A stretch of 64,000 bases of DNA from an uncultured Candidatus Rokubacteria bacterium (lineage in GTDB: Bacteria; Methylomirabilota; Methylomirabilia; Rokubacteriales; CSP1-6). The translations under genes were made by a program, and so were the position numbers. Every line of letters begins with the position of its first letter. Position 1 is the first letter of the stretch. The notes under the pieces were generated by a model. That model saw only the letters and a list, made by a program, of their open reading frames with translations. It was not told where the DNA came from and did no database searches. Of this stretch, positions 1-10,560 are shown piece by piece. The stretch covers positions 64,001 to 128,000 of the forward strand of contig CAVWWD010000002.1 in assembly GCA_963758635.1 (NCBI GenBank). The letters are read 5' to 3'.

Positions 1-2476
1 CGCGGTAGAGGTTGTAGTGGGAGATCGTGTCCGGCCCGGTCGTCGGCTTCACCGTGACCAGCGTGCTGAGCGGCACCATCTGGGGCGCCTGGCCGTTCGG
101 CCCCGGCAGGCTCCGCACGTAGAGACGAGACACGTCGGCGGGCGTGGCCCGGAACGCGGGCTCGGCCTGCAGCTGCACGCGGTACACGCGCCCGAACGCG
201 TTGAAGTCGTTCACGTAGAGCGAGCCGAGGAAGATCTGGAGGCTCGAGAACACGTCGGAGAGCGGCACGCCCAGGGCCTTCGCCTTGGCGCGGTCCACCT
301 CGGCGTTCAGCTGCGGCACGCCGGGCCGGAACGCGGTGAAGGTCGAGGCCAGCTCCGGCCGCTGGCGCGTGGCCTCGATCAGCCGTCGCGTGGCGGCGTC
401 CAGGTCCGCCAGCGAGCCCCCGCCCACGCTCTGCACCTCGAACTGGAAGCCCCCGCCCGAGCTGATGCCGCGGATCGGCGGCGGCGGGAACACCAGCACG
501 AACGCCTCCTGGATCCCGGACAGCCGCGCGCGCAGGCGGCCGAGGATCGCATCGGCCTGGAGCTCCGGCGACTTCCGGTGATGCCACGGCGCGAGCCGCG
601 GGAAGAGCGAGGCCACGTTCGGCCCGTTCACGCCGGTGATGAAGCTCCGGCCGCCGATCGCGACGACCGTCTCCACTCCCGGGGTCTCCCGCAGGATCTG
701 CTCGATCTGGCGCACGACCGCGTCCGTGCGCTCGAGCGACGCCGCATCCGGGAGCTGCACGTTCACCAGGAGGTACCCCTGGTCCTCCGTCGGCGCGAAC
801 CCCGAGGGCACCGCGCGCAGCAGGGCATACGACACGCCGCTCAGCACCAGCAGCGCCACCACGGCCAGCGCGGCTCTTCGCAGGATCCGCTGGACGAGGA
901 GGTCATAGCCGCTGGTCACGCGCGCGAACGCCGCGTTCCACGCCCGCGTCAGCCAGCGCTGCCGCCTCGCGCTGGCCGGGCGGAGCAGGAGCGCGGACAG
1001 CGCCGGCGTCAGCGTCAGCGCATTCACCGCCGAGAGGGCCACCGACACCGCGATGGTCAGCGCGAACTGCCGGTAGAGCTGGCCCGTGATGCCGGGCAGG
1101 AAAGCGATCGGGATGAACACCGCCATCAACACGAGGGCGGTGGCAATGACGGGCCCGACGACCTCGGCGGTCGCCCGCCGGGCCGCGTCGCGGGCGCCGA
1201 TGGCGCCCTCGTCGAGGTGGCGCCGGGTGTTCTCGACCACCACGATCGCGTCGTCGACCACGATGCCGATCGCCAGCACCAGCCCGAACAGGGTGAGCGT
1301 GTTGATGGAGAAGCCGAACACGCTGATGACCGCGAACGTCCCGATCAGGGACACCGGGATCGTGAGCGCCGGGATCAGCGTGGCCCGCCAGTCCTGGAGG
1401 AACACGTACACGGTGATCACGACGAGCGCGATCGCCACGAGGAGCGTGACCACGACCTCCTCGATCGAGACGCGCACGAACTCCGTCGTGTTGTATGGCC
1501 GCGTGTGGGTGACCCCGCTCGGGAACGCGGGGGCCAGCCGCGCCACCGTCGCCTGCACGCCCTGCGACACCTGGAGCGCGTTCGCGCCGGGCAGCTGGAA
1601 CACGCCGATCAACGCCGCCGGCCTGCCGCCCACGCGCCCGAACGAGCCGTAGCTCTGGGCGCCCAGCTCGACGCGCGCCACGTCGCGGACGCGGAGGACC
1701 GACCCGTCGGCGCGCGTCCGCAGGATGATCTCCTCGAACTCCGCCGGCACGGAGAGCCGCCCGCGCGTCGTCACCGTGTACTGGAACTGCTGCCCGGGCA
1801 GTCCCGGCGGCTGCCCGATCTGGCCCGCGGCGGCCTGGAGGTTCTGCTCCCGCACCGCGTCGGCGACGTCGTCGGGGGTCAGGCCGAGGCTGGCGAGGCG
1901 GTCCGGGTCGAGCCACAAGCGCATGCCGTAGTCTCGGCCGTTGAACACCGTCACCTGCCCCACGCCGGGCACGCGCGCCAGGACGTCCACGACGTTCAGC
2001 GTGGCGTAGTTCGACAGGTACAGCTCGTCCCGGCTCCCGTCCGGGGAGGTCAGCGCGACGATCTCGACGAGGTCCGGGGCCTGCTTGACGACGGTGATCC
2101 CCTGCCGAGTCACCTCGAGCGGGAGCTTCGCCTGCGCGATCTGCACGCGGTTCTGCACGTTGACCGCGGCGATGTCCAGGTCGGTGCCGACGCGGAAGGT
2201 GATCGTCAACGACATCGTCCCGTCGCTGCCGCTGCGGGACGACATGTAGATCATGTCCTCGACGCCGTTGACCTGCTGCTCGATCGGCGTCGTCACCGTC
2301 TGCTCGACGACCTCCGCGCTCGCGCCCGGATACGTGGCGGTCACCACCACCTGAGGCGGCGTGATCTCCGGGAACTGCGCGATGGGCAGGAACGGGATCG
2401 CCACCGCGCCCGCCACCACGACGACCATGGCCAGGACCGAGGCGAAGATCGGCCGATCGATGAAGAAGTTGACCAT
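1..2476 (-). CDS. RND efflux permease, HAE1 (AcrB/MexF-like); runs off the left edge
   Basis: Translated by hand from the ATG at 2476: MVNFFIDRPIFASVLAMVVVVAG...IAQFPEITPPQVVVTATYPGASAEVVEQTVTTPIEQQVNGVEDMIYMSS; also contains the GIVVDDAIVVVEN motif. Absent from the ORF track because it is truncated. Confidence 0.97.
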   Translation of the reverse strand, partial: MVNFFIDRPIFASVLAMVVVVAGAVAIPFLPIAQFPEITPPQVVVTATYPGASAEVVEQTVTTPIEQQVNGVEDMIYMSSRSGSDGTMSLTITFRVGTDLDIAAVNVQNRVQIAQAKLPLEVTRQGITVVKQAPDLVEIVALTSPDGSRDELYLSNYATLNVVDVLARVPGVGQVTVFNGRDYGMRLWLDPDRLASLGLTPDDVADAVREQNLQAAAGQIGQPPGLPGQQFQYTVTTRGRLSVPAEFEEIILRTRADGSVLRVRDVARVELGAQSYGSFGRVGGRPAALIGVFQLPGANALQVSQGVQATVARLAPAFPSGVTHTRPYNTTEFVRVSIEEVVVTLLVAIALVVITVYVFLQDWRATLIPALTIPVSLIGTFAVISVFGFSINTLTLFGLVLAIGIVVDDAIVVVENTRRHLDEGAIGARDAARRATAEVVGPVIATALVLMAVFIPIAFLPGITGQLYRQFALTIAVSVALSAVNALTLTPALSALLLRPASARRQRWLTRAWNAAFARVTSGYDLLVQRILRRAALAVVALLVLSGVSYALLRAVPSGFAPTEDQGYLLVNVQLPDAASLERTDAVVRQIEQILRETPGVETVVAIGGRSFITGVNGPNVASLFPRLAPWHHRKSPELQADAILGRLRARLSGIQEAFVLVFPPPPIRGISSGGGFQFEVQSVGGGSLADLDAATRRLIEATRQRPELASTFTAFRPGVPQLNAEVDRAKAKALGVPLSDVFSSLQIFLGSLYVNDFNAFGRVYRVQLQAEPAFRATPADVSRLYVRSLPGPNGQAPQMVPLSTLVTVKPTTGPDTISHYNLYR

Positions 2477-2482
2477 CCGGCG

Positions 2483-3892
2483 CTACCCGCGAGACGCGCC
2501 CGCTCCGCCGGGCGCAGGGAACCGGGCCGTCGCCGGATCGGCGGCGGCCGCCGGCAACGGCTCCACGGTAGGTGTCACCTTCGCGCCCGGCCGCGCCAGG
2601 TGGAACCCCTTCGTGATCACCGTCTCGCCCGGCTTGACGCCCTCCTCGACCACCCACAGCGGCCCGAGCCGGGGGCCCATCTTCACTGCGCGCGCCTGGA
2701 CGGTGCCGTCGGCGCCTACCACGAGGACGGACGCCGAGCCCTGGCTCTCCACCACCGCGGCCTGGGGCACCACCACCGCGTCCGGCCGCTCCTCCAGCAG
2801 CACGCGCAGGCGCACGTACTGTCCGGGCTGGAGCAGGCGCTCCGCGTTCGGGAACGTCGCGCGGAGGGCCAGGGTGCCCGTGCGCGGATCCACGGCGCGA
2901 TCCACGAAGTCGAGCCGCCCCGGATGCGGATAGGCGCTGTCGTCGGGCAGGGTGATCGTGATGCCGGAGCCGCCGGGCCGCGCCTGGCGGCCGCGCCACA
3001 CCTGGAGCGCCTCGCGCTCGCTCACGCTCCAGTTCACGTGCATCGGATCCTGCGTCGACACGGTCGCGAGGAGCGTGGGCTCACCCTTGCCGACCAGCGC
3101 GCCCACGCGCACCTCGGCCCGGCCCATGCGTCCGTCGAGCGGCGAGCGGATCACGGTGTAGCCGAGCTGGAGCTGGGCCTGCTCGACGGCGGTGTCCGCG
3201 GCTCGCACCGCCGCCCGCGCGTTCTCGATCGTCGCCATGGCCGCGGCGAGCGACGCCCGCGCGTTCCCGATCGCCGCCTGGCCCGCCTTCACGGTGGCGT
3301 CGAGCGCCGTCATGTTCGTCCGGATCTGATCGTACTGCTCCAGCGCGATCAGCTCGCGCTCGAAGAGCGTGCGCCAGCGCACCTCCTGGGCGCGCGCGTT
3401 GTCCGCCTGCGCGACGTCGCGCGCCAGGTTCGCCTCGGCCTGCGCCACGTCGGCCTGCCGCTGGACGAGCGCTGCCTCGGCCTGGCGGAGCCCCGCCGTC
3501 TCGCGCGCCACGTTCGCCTCGGCCTGGCGCAGTGCCACCTCGAACGGCTTGGGGTCGATCACGAACAGCACGTCGCCGGACTTGACGTCCGCCCCGTCGG
3601 GCGCGACCTGTCGCCCGACGTAGCCCTCGACGCGCGCGCGGATCTCCACCGTCTTCACCGCGTCGGTCTGGCCGACATAGTGGCCGTACACGGGAACCGG
3701 CCGCTGGGCCGCCGCCACGACCGTCACGGCCGGCGGCGTCTGCGGCGGCTCGGCGGACGGCGAGCCGCTGCATGCCGCGCCGCCGGCGAGCGCGGCCAGC
3801 AGAAGCGCGATCGCGCCTGCCGTGGTGCCGAGACGGCGGCGCGAGACTCGGGCGAAACGCCCGCTACCGCCTCTCATCGAACCGAGACCCAT
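2483..3892 (-). CDS. RND efflux periplasmic adaptor (MFP) subunit
   Basis: VEIRARVEGY, GDVLFVIDP, long coiled coil, LGYTVIRSPLDGR and VDPRTGT motifs; directly upstream of the RND permease; exact start uncertain. Confidence 0.95.
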   Translation of the reverse strand: MGLGSMRGGSGRFARVSRRRLGTTAGAIALLLAALAGGAACSGSPSAEPPQTPPAVTVVAAAQRPVPVYGHYVGQTDAVKTVEIRARVEGYVGRQVAPDGADVKSGDVLFVIDPKPFEVALRQAEANVARETAGLRQAEAALVQRQADVAQAEANLARDVAQADNARAQEVRWRTLFERELIALEQYDQIRTNMTALDATVKAGQAAIGNARASLAAAMATIENARAAVRAADTAVEQAQLQLGYTVIRSPLDGRMGRAEVRVGALVGKGEPTLLATVSTQDPMHVNWSVSEREALQVWRGRQARPGGSGITITLPDDSAYPHPGRLDFVDRAVDPRTGTLALRATFPNAERLLQPGQYVRLRVLLEERPDAVVVPQAAVVESQGSASVLVVGADGTVQARAVKMGPRLGPLWVVEEGVKPGETVITKGFHLARPGAKVTPTVEPLPAAAADPATARFPAPGGAGASRG

Positions 3893-4139
3893 GTCTCACA
3901 CTCCCTGGATGCAGAACGAGCAACATGACCTTCGGATGGCGACGGGCCGCCCCCGGCTTCTCGTGCGCGCGCGAATTGTCGCGGATCGACGATTCTGCGG
4001 GGTGCCTACTCGAGAGGGCGGCCGACGCCCGGTGAAGCAACCTCAGGCCTTGCGCCACGATACGAGGGGCCTTCACGAGACCCCCGAGCACGATCAAAGC
4101 GTACCGCGGACCACGTCGTCTGCCCAGCCGAGTCGCTGG

Positions 4140-4205
4140 TGCAACGCCATCAAGGCGGATCTGAACAGCCACACCGTGGTCGTCGGCATCTCGCTGAGAT
4201 TCTGA
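4140..4205 (+). pseudogene. Orphan C-terminal fragment of an outer-membrane beta-barrel protein
   Basis: NAIKADLNSHTVVVGISLRF* is an amphipathic last strand ending in Phe; no upstream body. Confidence 0.35.
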
Positions 4206-4425
4206 TCGCCCTGCCCAAGACCGGCGGCGCGGCGCCCGACCGAGAGCACGGGGCGACGCGGGCGGGATGTACTCTGCCGCCGCGCGTCGCTACAGGACGA
4301 TCCGCGAAGCTCCCTGCACGTCGTTGATCACGGTCACGAGCTCCGTCGTGGCCTGAAAGATGCGGCGCGGTCAGGCTCGTGTATCGTAGCTATCAAAGCC
4401 CCCACATGATAAGGAGACCGTCGCC

Positions 4426-5462
4426 ATGAAGGCAGAGCTGAACGCCACCGCCAGGACGCTGGTGTCCGAGGGCAAGGGCATCCTCGCCGCCGACGAGAGC
4501 CATCCGAGCATCGCCCGGCGCTTCGCGTCGGTCGGGGTCGAGAACACCGCGGAGAACCGCCGGGTCTACCGGCAGATGCTCTTCACCACCAAGGGCGCGG
4601 CGGAGTTCATCAGCGGCGTGATCCTCTACGACGAGACCATCCGCCAGGCCGCCGACGACGGCACCCCGCTGAGCCAGGTCCTGTCCCGCCAGGGCATCCT
4701 CCCCGGCATCAAGGTGGACAAGGGCACGAAGCCGCTCGCCGGGGCCCCGGGCGAGCTGCGTCACCGAGGGCCTGGACGGGCTGCGCGAGCGGCTGGCCGA
4801 GTATCGCGAGCTCGGCGCGCGGTTCGCGAAGTGGCGCGCCGTCATCACCATCGGCCCGGACATTCCCACCCCGGCCTGCCTGGGCGCCAACGCGCACGCC
4901 CTCGCGCGATACGCCGCGCTGTGCCAGGAGGCCGGCCTCGTCCCCATCGTCGAGCCCGAGGTGCTCATGGACGGCGACCACACCATCGAGCGCTGCGAGG
5001 CCGTGACCGAGGCGACGCTCGACGCGGTCTTCCGAGCAGCTCAAGGAGCAGCGCGTGCTCCTCGAGGGGATCCTGCTCAAGCCCAGCATGGTGCTCTCGG
5101 GCAGCCAGTGTCCTCGCCAGGCCACGGTGCCCGAGGTCGCGGAAGCCACCCTCCGCTGCTTCCGCCGCGCGGTCCCGGCCGCGGTGTCGGGCATCGTGTT
5201 CCTGTCCGGGGGGCAGCGCGACGAGGTGGCCACCGCGCATCTGAACGCCATGAACGCGATGGCGGAGCCGGCTCCCTGGCCGCTCAGCTTCTCCTACGGC
5301 CGCGCGCTGCAGGCGCCCGTGCTCGCGGCCTGGCGGGGCGAGCCCGGGCGGATCGCCGCGGGCCAGCAGGCGTTCTACCATCGGGCCCGCTGCAACAGCG
5401 CCGCCCGCTACGGCCGCTACACCGCGGACCTCGAGCGCGCGGGCGCCTGCGGCACATGGTGA
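4426..5462 (+). CDS. fba: Class I fructose-bisphosphate aldolase, frameshifted (~4760, ~5040)
   Basis: GKGILAADES, GIKVDKG, FAKWRAVI, VPIVEPEV, LLKPSMV and LSFSYGRALQ spread over three frames; RBS AAGGAG. Confidence 0.93.
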
Positions 5463-5478
5463 AAGGTCGCGGGACGCG

Positions 5479-6731
5479 ATGAAGACACTGGCGATTCTCG
5501 TGGGCGGCGGCCCGTCGCCCGGCATCAACGCGGTGATCGCCGCCGCGGCGATCGAGGCGCGCAACAGTGACCTGCGCGTCCTCGGCTGCCACGACGGCTA
5601 CAAGTGGCTGATGCGCGGCGATCGCGTCCCACGTCCAGGAGCTGACGATCGACGCACTGTCCCGGATCCACTTCGAGGGCGGCTCGATCATCCGCACCTC
5701 GCGCGCCAACCCGACCCGGACCGAGGACGACGCTGCGCCGGGTGACGGAGAGCCTCCAGAACCTGGGCGTCTCCTACCTGCTCACCATCGGCGGCGACGA
5801 CACGGCCTTCGCCACCGCGCAGGTGGCGCGCGCGCTGGAGGGGCGGCTCGCCGTGGTGCACGTGCCGAAGACGATCGACAACGACCTGCCCCTTCCGCCG
5901 GACGTGCCGACGTTCGGGTTCAACACGGCGGTGAACCTGGGCAAGGACCTGGTCAAGAACCTGATGAACGACGCGGCCACCACCGACAAGTGGTTCTTCG
6001 TGACGGTGATGGGGCGGCACACGGGACACCTGGCGCTCGGGATCGGCGGGTCCGCCGGCGCCACCCTGACCATCATCGGCGAGGAGTTTCCGGAGCCCCG
6101 CGTGCCCCTCGCGCGCGTGGTGGACATCCTGGAGGGGGCGATCATCAAGCGCCGCGCCGCGGGCCGCGAGCACGGCGTGGCCCTCCTCGCCGAAGGCCTC
6201 CTGGAGAAGTTCGACCCGGAGACGCTGGGCGGCGTCTCCCACGACAGTTACGGCAACGTACGGCTCGAGGAGCTGGAGCTGTCGCGGCTCCTGAAGCAGC
6301 GGGTGAGCGCCAGCCTGAAGAGCCGCGGTGTCGAGGTGAGCATCGTGGCCAAGGACCTTGGCTACGAGCTCCGCTGTGCGCCGCCCGGCGCCTTCGACAT
6401 CACGTACTGCCGCGGCCTCGGCTACTGGGCCACGCGTTTCCTGCTCGACGGTGGCACCGAGGCGATGGCCACCATCCAGGGCGGCCGGTTCGTCCCCATC
6501 CCGTTCACGGAGATGATCGATCCGCGTACCGGCCGCGTGCGCATCCGCGCCGTGGACATGGCCTCCGAGGCCTACCAGACGCTCCACGCGTACATGATCC
6601 GGCTCAAGGCCGAGGACTTCACGCGCCCCGGACAGGTTCGCGCCCTTGCCGAGGCCGGACGGCTCACCGAGGAGGCGTTCGTCGACCGCTTCGGCGCGCT
6701 GGCGGACATGCCCGCTCCCCGCCGGTCCTGA
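5479..6731 (+). CDS. pfp: Pyrophosphate-dependent phosphofructokinase, frameshifted (~5620, ~5735)
   Basis: GGGPSPGINAVI, TIGGDDT, VPKTIDNDL, VMGRH and KDLGYELRC motifs; GGDD plus the Lys of PKTIDND is the PPi-type signature. Confidence 0.88.
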
Positions 6732-6785
6732 CACGCCGGGACGGCGCGGACGGCCGAACCCGGCGGACGACGGCGACCGCGACGA

Positions 6786-7685
6786 TCAGGCGCCCTTGAC
6801 CTCGATCCGCGCCCACGACTCGAACAGCTTGACGATGGCCGCGAAATCGTTCGAACCCTCTCCCAGGGCGGCGCAGGCGTTGTAGAGCTGATGAAGCAGA
6901 CTCGTCGCCGGCACCGGCACGTCGTGGCTGCGGGCCATGTCCACGGCCAGGCCGAGGTCCTTGCGAGCGAGATCCACCGTGAAGCCCGGCACGAAGTTGC
7001 GGGCCAGGATGTTGGGGAAGCGCTTCTCGAAGTGGTACGAGCGGCCGGCGCTCGTGCGGAGGATCTCGAGCAGGCGCTGTGGCTCCATCCCCGCCCGGAC
7101 GCCGAGCACGAACGCCTCGGCGGCGACCAGCACGTTGCCCATCGACATGACGTTGTTGACGAGCTTGACGACGTTGCCGGCGCCGGAGGGCCCCGCGTAG
7201 TGAACGGCGGGCCCCAGCACGGCCAGCACGTCGCGGACGCGGTCGAAGGCCTCCCGGTCGCCGCCCACGATGATGACGAGCGCGCCGGTCTCCGCCTCCC
7301 GCCAGCCCCCGCTCACCGGCGCGTCGAGGTGATGGACGCCGCGAGCGGCGGCGGCCGCGCTGACGGCGCGGGTCGTCTCCGGGTCCACCGTGCTCGTGTC
7401 CACGGAGATGGCGCCCGGCCGCGCGCCCTCGAGCACGCCGTCGGATCCCAGGTAGACCGACCGCACCGTGGCCGGCAGGGGCAGGCTCGAGAAGACGATC
7501 TCGCTCCGCTGCGCCACCTCCCTGGGGGAGACGCAGGCAGTGGCCCCGGCGGCGGTCAGCGCGTCGACCTTGGCGCGGTCGACGTCGTGAACGGCGAGGG
7601 GGTGACCCGCCCGCGCCAGCGTCCCGGCCATGCGGCTGCCCATGACGCCGAGGCCGATGAACCCGATCCGCGCTCGCTCGCTCAT
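6786..7685 (-). CDS. NAD(P)-dependent beta-hydroxyacid dehydrogenase (3-hydroxyisobutyrate DH family)
   Basis: IGFIGLGVMG, DAPVSGG, KLVNN and KDLGLA motifs. Confidence 0.93.
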   Translation of the reverse strand: MSERARIGFIGLGVMGSRMAGTLARAGHPLAVHDVDRAKVDALTAAGATACVSPREVAQRSEIVFSSLPLPATVRSVYLGSDGVLEGARPGAISVDTSTVDPETTRAVSAAAAARGVHHLDAPVSGGWREAETGALVIIVGGDREAFDRVRDVLAVLGPAVHYAGPSGAGNVVKLVNNVMSMGNVLVAAEAFVLGVRAGMEPQRLLEILRTSAGRSYHFEKRFPNILARNFVPGFTVDLARKDLGLAVDMARSHDVPVPATSLLHQLYNACAALGEGSNDFAAIVKLFESWARIEVKGA

Positions 7686-7727
7686 CGCGTGGTCCCCTTC
7701 AGGTGGTCCGAGGCGCGGCGGCAGGGC

Positions 7728-8036
7728 TCAGAGCTTCGAGAAGTCGATCTCGTCCGCGCGCGTCCAGTCCAGGGCCCGGCCAGCGCCGACCTTCCCGCGA
7801 AGGTCGCGGACGAACTCGTGGCCTTCCACGGTCAGCTTGAAGTGGGCGGGGGGGCCGACGGGCTCGATGAGGCCGGTCTCGGTGAGACGCTTGATCGCGG
7901 CCGCGCGCTCCGCGGCGCCTCCCGTCTTGCTCGTGAACCACGCCCGGCTTCGGCCGCCCTTCTGGATCTCCAGCAGGACCTCGAGGTGGAAGAGCTTCTG
8001 GCGAAGATTGCGGGCGCTGTCCAGTAGACCGGCCAT
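7728..8036 (-). CDS. Hypothetical protein, possible winged-helix
   Basis: 102-aa ORF with AAIKRLTETGLIE...FKLTVEG; TAGACT -10 box 8 nt upstream of the ATG. Confidence 0.65.
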   Translation of the reverse strand: MAGLLDSARNLRQKLFHLEVLLEIQKGGRSRAWFTSKTGGAAERAAAIKRLTETGLIEPVGPPAHFKLTVEGHEFVRDLRGKVGAGRALDWTRADEIDFSKL

Positions 8037-8201
8037 GGCCCGACAGTCTACTCCAGTGCCGCTCCAATCTCATGTGGCCAGCGTGGAGGGATAGCCGAGG
8101 TCGCCAGCCGTGACGTTGCGCGACCGGCGCTCCTGCGGCATCGTGATCGAGTCGTTACAGGGAGCCATCGTGCCCCGCCACGAGATCGAGGAGGAAGGCC
8201 C

Positions 8202-8897
8202 GTGCCGCGTCGTCACCTCGAACGTCATCGTTCTGGTCGTATCGGCTGGCTCCGCGCCGCGGTCCTCGGCGCGAACGACGGGATCGTGTCCACGGCAAGC
8301 CTCGTCGTCGGAGTGGCGGCCGCCAGCGCGCCCCACCGCCAGGTGATCGTAGCGGGTGTCGCCGGCCTGGTGGCTGGGGCGATGTCCATGGCGACCGGCG
8401 AGTACGTGTCGGTCAGCTCCCAGGCGGACACGGAGCGCGCCGACCTCGACAGGGAACGCCACGAGCTGGCCACCTCTCCCTCCAGCGAGCGTGCCGAGCT
8501 GGCGGCCATCTACGTCGGGCGCGGGCTCGATCCCGTCCTGGCCGGCCAGGTGGCCGAGCAGCTCATGGCCCACGACGCCCTGGGAGCCCACGTGCGAGAT
8601 GAGCTGGGGATCTCGGACATCCACACGGCTCGACCCATCCAGGCCGCGCTGACCTCGGCCGTCACGTTCGCGGTGGGCGCCCTCCTGCCTCTCGTCGCGG
8701 CCGCCCTGTCCCCCCGGGCTGTGATGATTCCAGTGGTGGCCGTCGCCTCCTTGCTGCTCCTGTGCCTGCTGGGCGGTGCGGCGGCGCGGGCGGGCGGTGC
8801 GTCGGCTCTCGTCGGCTCCGTGCGCGTCGTCTTCTGGAGCGCCCTGGCCATGGCCCTGACCGCGAGCGCGGGCATTCTGTTCGGCGCGGCCGGCTGA
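8202..8897 (+). CDS. VIT1/CCC1 family Fe/Mn transporter
   Basis: WLRAAVLGANDGIVS and GAMSMATGEYVSVSSQ motifs. Confidence 0.95.
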   Translation: MPRRHLERHRSGRIGWLRAAVLGANDGIVSTASLVVGVAAASAPHRQVIVAGVAGLVAGAMSMATGEYVSVSSQADTERADLDRERHELATSPSSERAELAAIYVGRGLDPVLAGQVAEQLMAHDALGAHVRDELGISDIHTARPIQAALTSAVTFAVGALLPLVAAALSPRAVMIPVVAVASLLLLCLLGGAAARAGGASALVGSVRVVFWSALAMALTASAGILFGAAG

Positions 8898-8975
8898 GCC
8901 TTACCCGCCACCGGTGAAGACGCGAGCGCGCCATGCTCTAGATCGGATACTCGTCCACGACGATGCCGTGATGTC

Positions 8976-9200
8976 TCACTCCTTGGTGGGTGTCTTCGTA
9001 GCCCCCGCGTCCAGCGTCTTCCGCACGAAATCAATGCGGATGCCCTCGTTCGCGCCGTAAGTTCCCGGCAGTCCGTGCAGGCGCGGCATCTCTCTTGCGC
9101 CAGCGTGGTGGATGGCGATGACCTTCCACAGAGCGTTGAACACGGGACTCCCGCCGCTGCCCGGCTCGGTCGGCGTCCGATAAATGTGAAGTGCGCGGAG
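8976..9200 (-). pseudogene. C-terminal remnant of a trypsin/V8-like serine peptidase
   Basis: LHIYRTPTEPGSGGSPVFNALWKVIAIHHAG...ANEGIRI; N-terminal catalytic His/Asp part is absent. Confidence 0.7.
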
Positions 9201-9254
9201 TCGAGCCGCGGGAACACACGCAGGACGTGCCATCGTGTTCTCCCGGCCGGCCCG

Positions 9255-9323
9255 GCCGGCGTCACACAGCGTAGCGCCGGACGGCGTCCTCGTCCCACTC
9301 GATGCCCGCGCCCGGACGCTCGG
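9255..9323 (-). repeat. Diverged duplicate of the 3' end of the racemase gene (9458-9526)
   Basis: 69-bp direct repeat with 6 mismatches; both copies encode ERPGAGIEWDEDAVRRYAV*. Confidence 0.9.
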
Positions 9324-9464
9324 CCGCTGCCGGCGGTGGGTAACCGGCTATCGAGACTCGGCCTAGTCGAATGCCCCCTGGAAGTCCACGGCCGCGCCGA
9401 TCGGCTTACGGGCCGGCCGTAACAGGTCGGAGTGGGCGACCGTGTCGCGCGGCGCCCGCCGGCG

Positions 9465-10541
9465 TCAGACGGCATAGCGGCGGACGGCGTCCTCGTCCCA
9501 CTCGATGCCGGCGCCCGGGCGCTCGGGAATATGGGCCACGCCGTCCTTTACTCGCAGGGGCTCCCGCAGCAGCGGCGCCGCCCAGTCCATGTACTCCAGC
9601 CAGTGGCCCGTGGGGGTCACCCCGAGCAGGTGCACGCTGAACTCGGGGAAGAGGTGGCTCGACATCTCGATGCCGTGGGCGTGGGCGAGCGCGGCCGCGC
9701 GCAGCCAGCCGGTGACGCCGCCGATGCGCTGGACGTCCGGCATGACGAAGTCGAGCGAGCGCGCGGCGATGGCCCGCGCCATCTCGAACGTGTCGACCAG
9801 GTTCTCCCCGGTCTGGATGGGCGTGGCCACCTCGGCCGCGATGCGCGCGTAGCCCTCGTAGTCGTCGTGACGGATCGGCTCCTCGATCCAGTAGAGCCCC
9901 TCGCCGTCGAGGGCGCGCGCGCGGCGAAGCGCCTCGCTCACCGTGAGGCGCTGGTTGAAGTCGCACATGAGGATCGCGCCGTCGCCGATCCGCTTCTTCA
10001 CCGCGCGCACCGCGGCCAGGTCCTCCGCGAAGGCGTCACGGCCGACGCGGAGCTTGACGGCGCGGAAGCCCTCGCCGAGGAGCGCCTCCGCTTCGTCGGC
10101 CAGCCCGTCGACCGGCTGGATCCAGAGACCGGTGCTGTTGTAGGCCGGGATCGCCTTCGGCGCGCCGCCGAGCAGCGAGACGAGCGGGACCCCGCGCGCG
10201 CGGGCCAGCGCATCCCAGGCGGCCATGTCGAGCCCGGCCAGGGCCAGGCCCACGAGCCCCGGGCTATCCAGCAGCGCGAGCTGGCGCCGCAGCTTGGCCT
10301 CGATGTCGGCCGGCGCCAGGAGATCGCCCTTGACCATCTCGAACAGGCCCTGGGCGCACCCGACGATGGGGGCGAGCGCCCACGGCGCGAAGCCGAAGAC
10401 GTAGGAGCGTCCGGTGACGCCCTCGTCGGTCTCCAGGTCGAACAGCACGAGCGCCGCCCTGGCGATCGCGCCGCTGGCGCTGACCGGGGGCCGGCGGAAC
10501 GGCGGCAGCACGGCGCGGGCGCGGAGGGCGGAGAGCTTCAT
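9465..10541 (-). CDS. Mandelate racemase/muconate lactonizing enzyme (enolase superfamily)
   Basis: AVKLRVG, MCDFNQ, WIEEP, QTGEN, MPDVQRIGGVTGW and SSHL motifs. Confidence 0.93.
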   Translation of the reverse strand: MKLSALRARAVLPPFRRPPVSASGAIARAALVLFDLETDEGVTGRSYVFGFAPWALAPIVGCAQGLFEMVKGDLLAPADIEAKLRRQLALLDSPGLVGLALAGLDMAAWDALARARGVPLVSLLGGAPKAIPAYNSTGLWIQPVDGLADEAEALLGEGFRAVKLRVGRDAFAEDLAAVRAVKKRIGDGAILMCDFNQRLTVSEALRRARALDGEGLYWIEEPIRHDDYEGYARIAAEVATPIQTGENLVDTFEMARAIAARSLDFVMPDVQRIGGVTGWLRAAALAHAHGIEMSSHLFPEFSVHLLGVTPTGHWLEYMDWAAPLLREPLRVKDGVAHIPERPGAGIEWDEDAVRRYAV

Positions 10542-10560
10542 GGCACAGGGATCGCGTGCG

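Noticed and set aside
17..3928. 1303-aa plus-strand ORF and many similar long antisense or alternative-frame ORFs
   Set aside because: They are shadows of real genes in high-GC DNA; Arg/Gly/Pro-rich with no motifs.
4324..4337. CRP/FNR-like site TTGATCACGGTCAC upstream of fba
   Set aside because: A single imperfect match with no convincing -10 at the expected spacing.
9255..9526. Possible DGR template/variable repeat pair
   Set aside because: Mismatches are synonymous and not adenine-specific, and there is no reverse transcriptase in the window.
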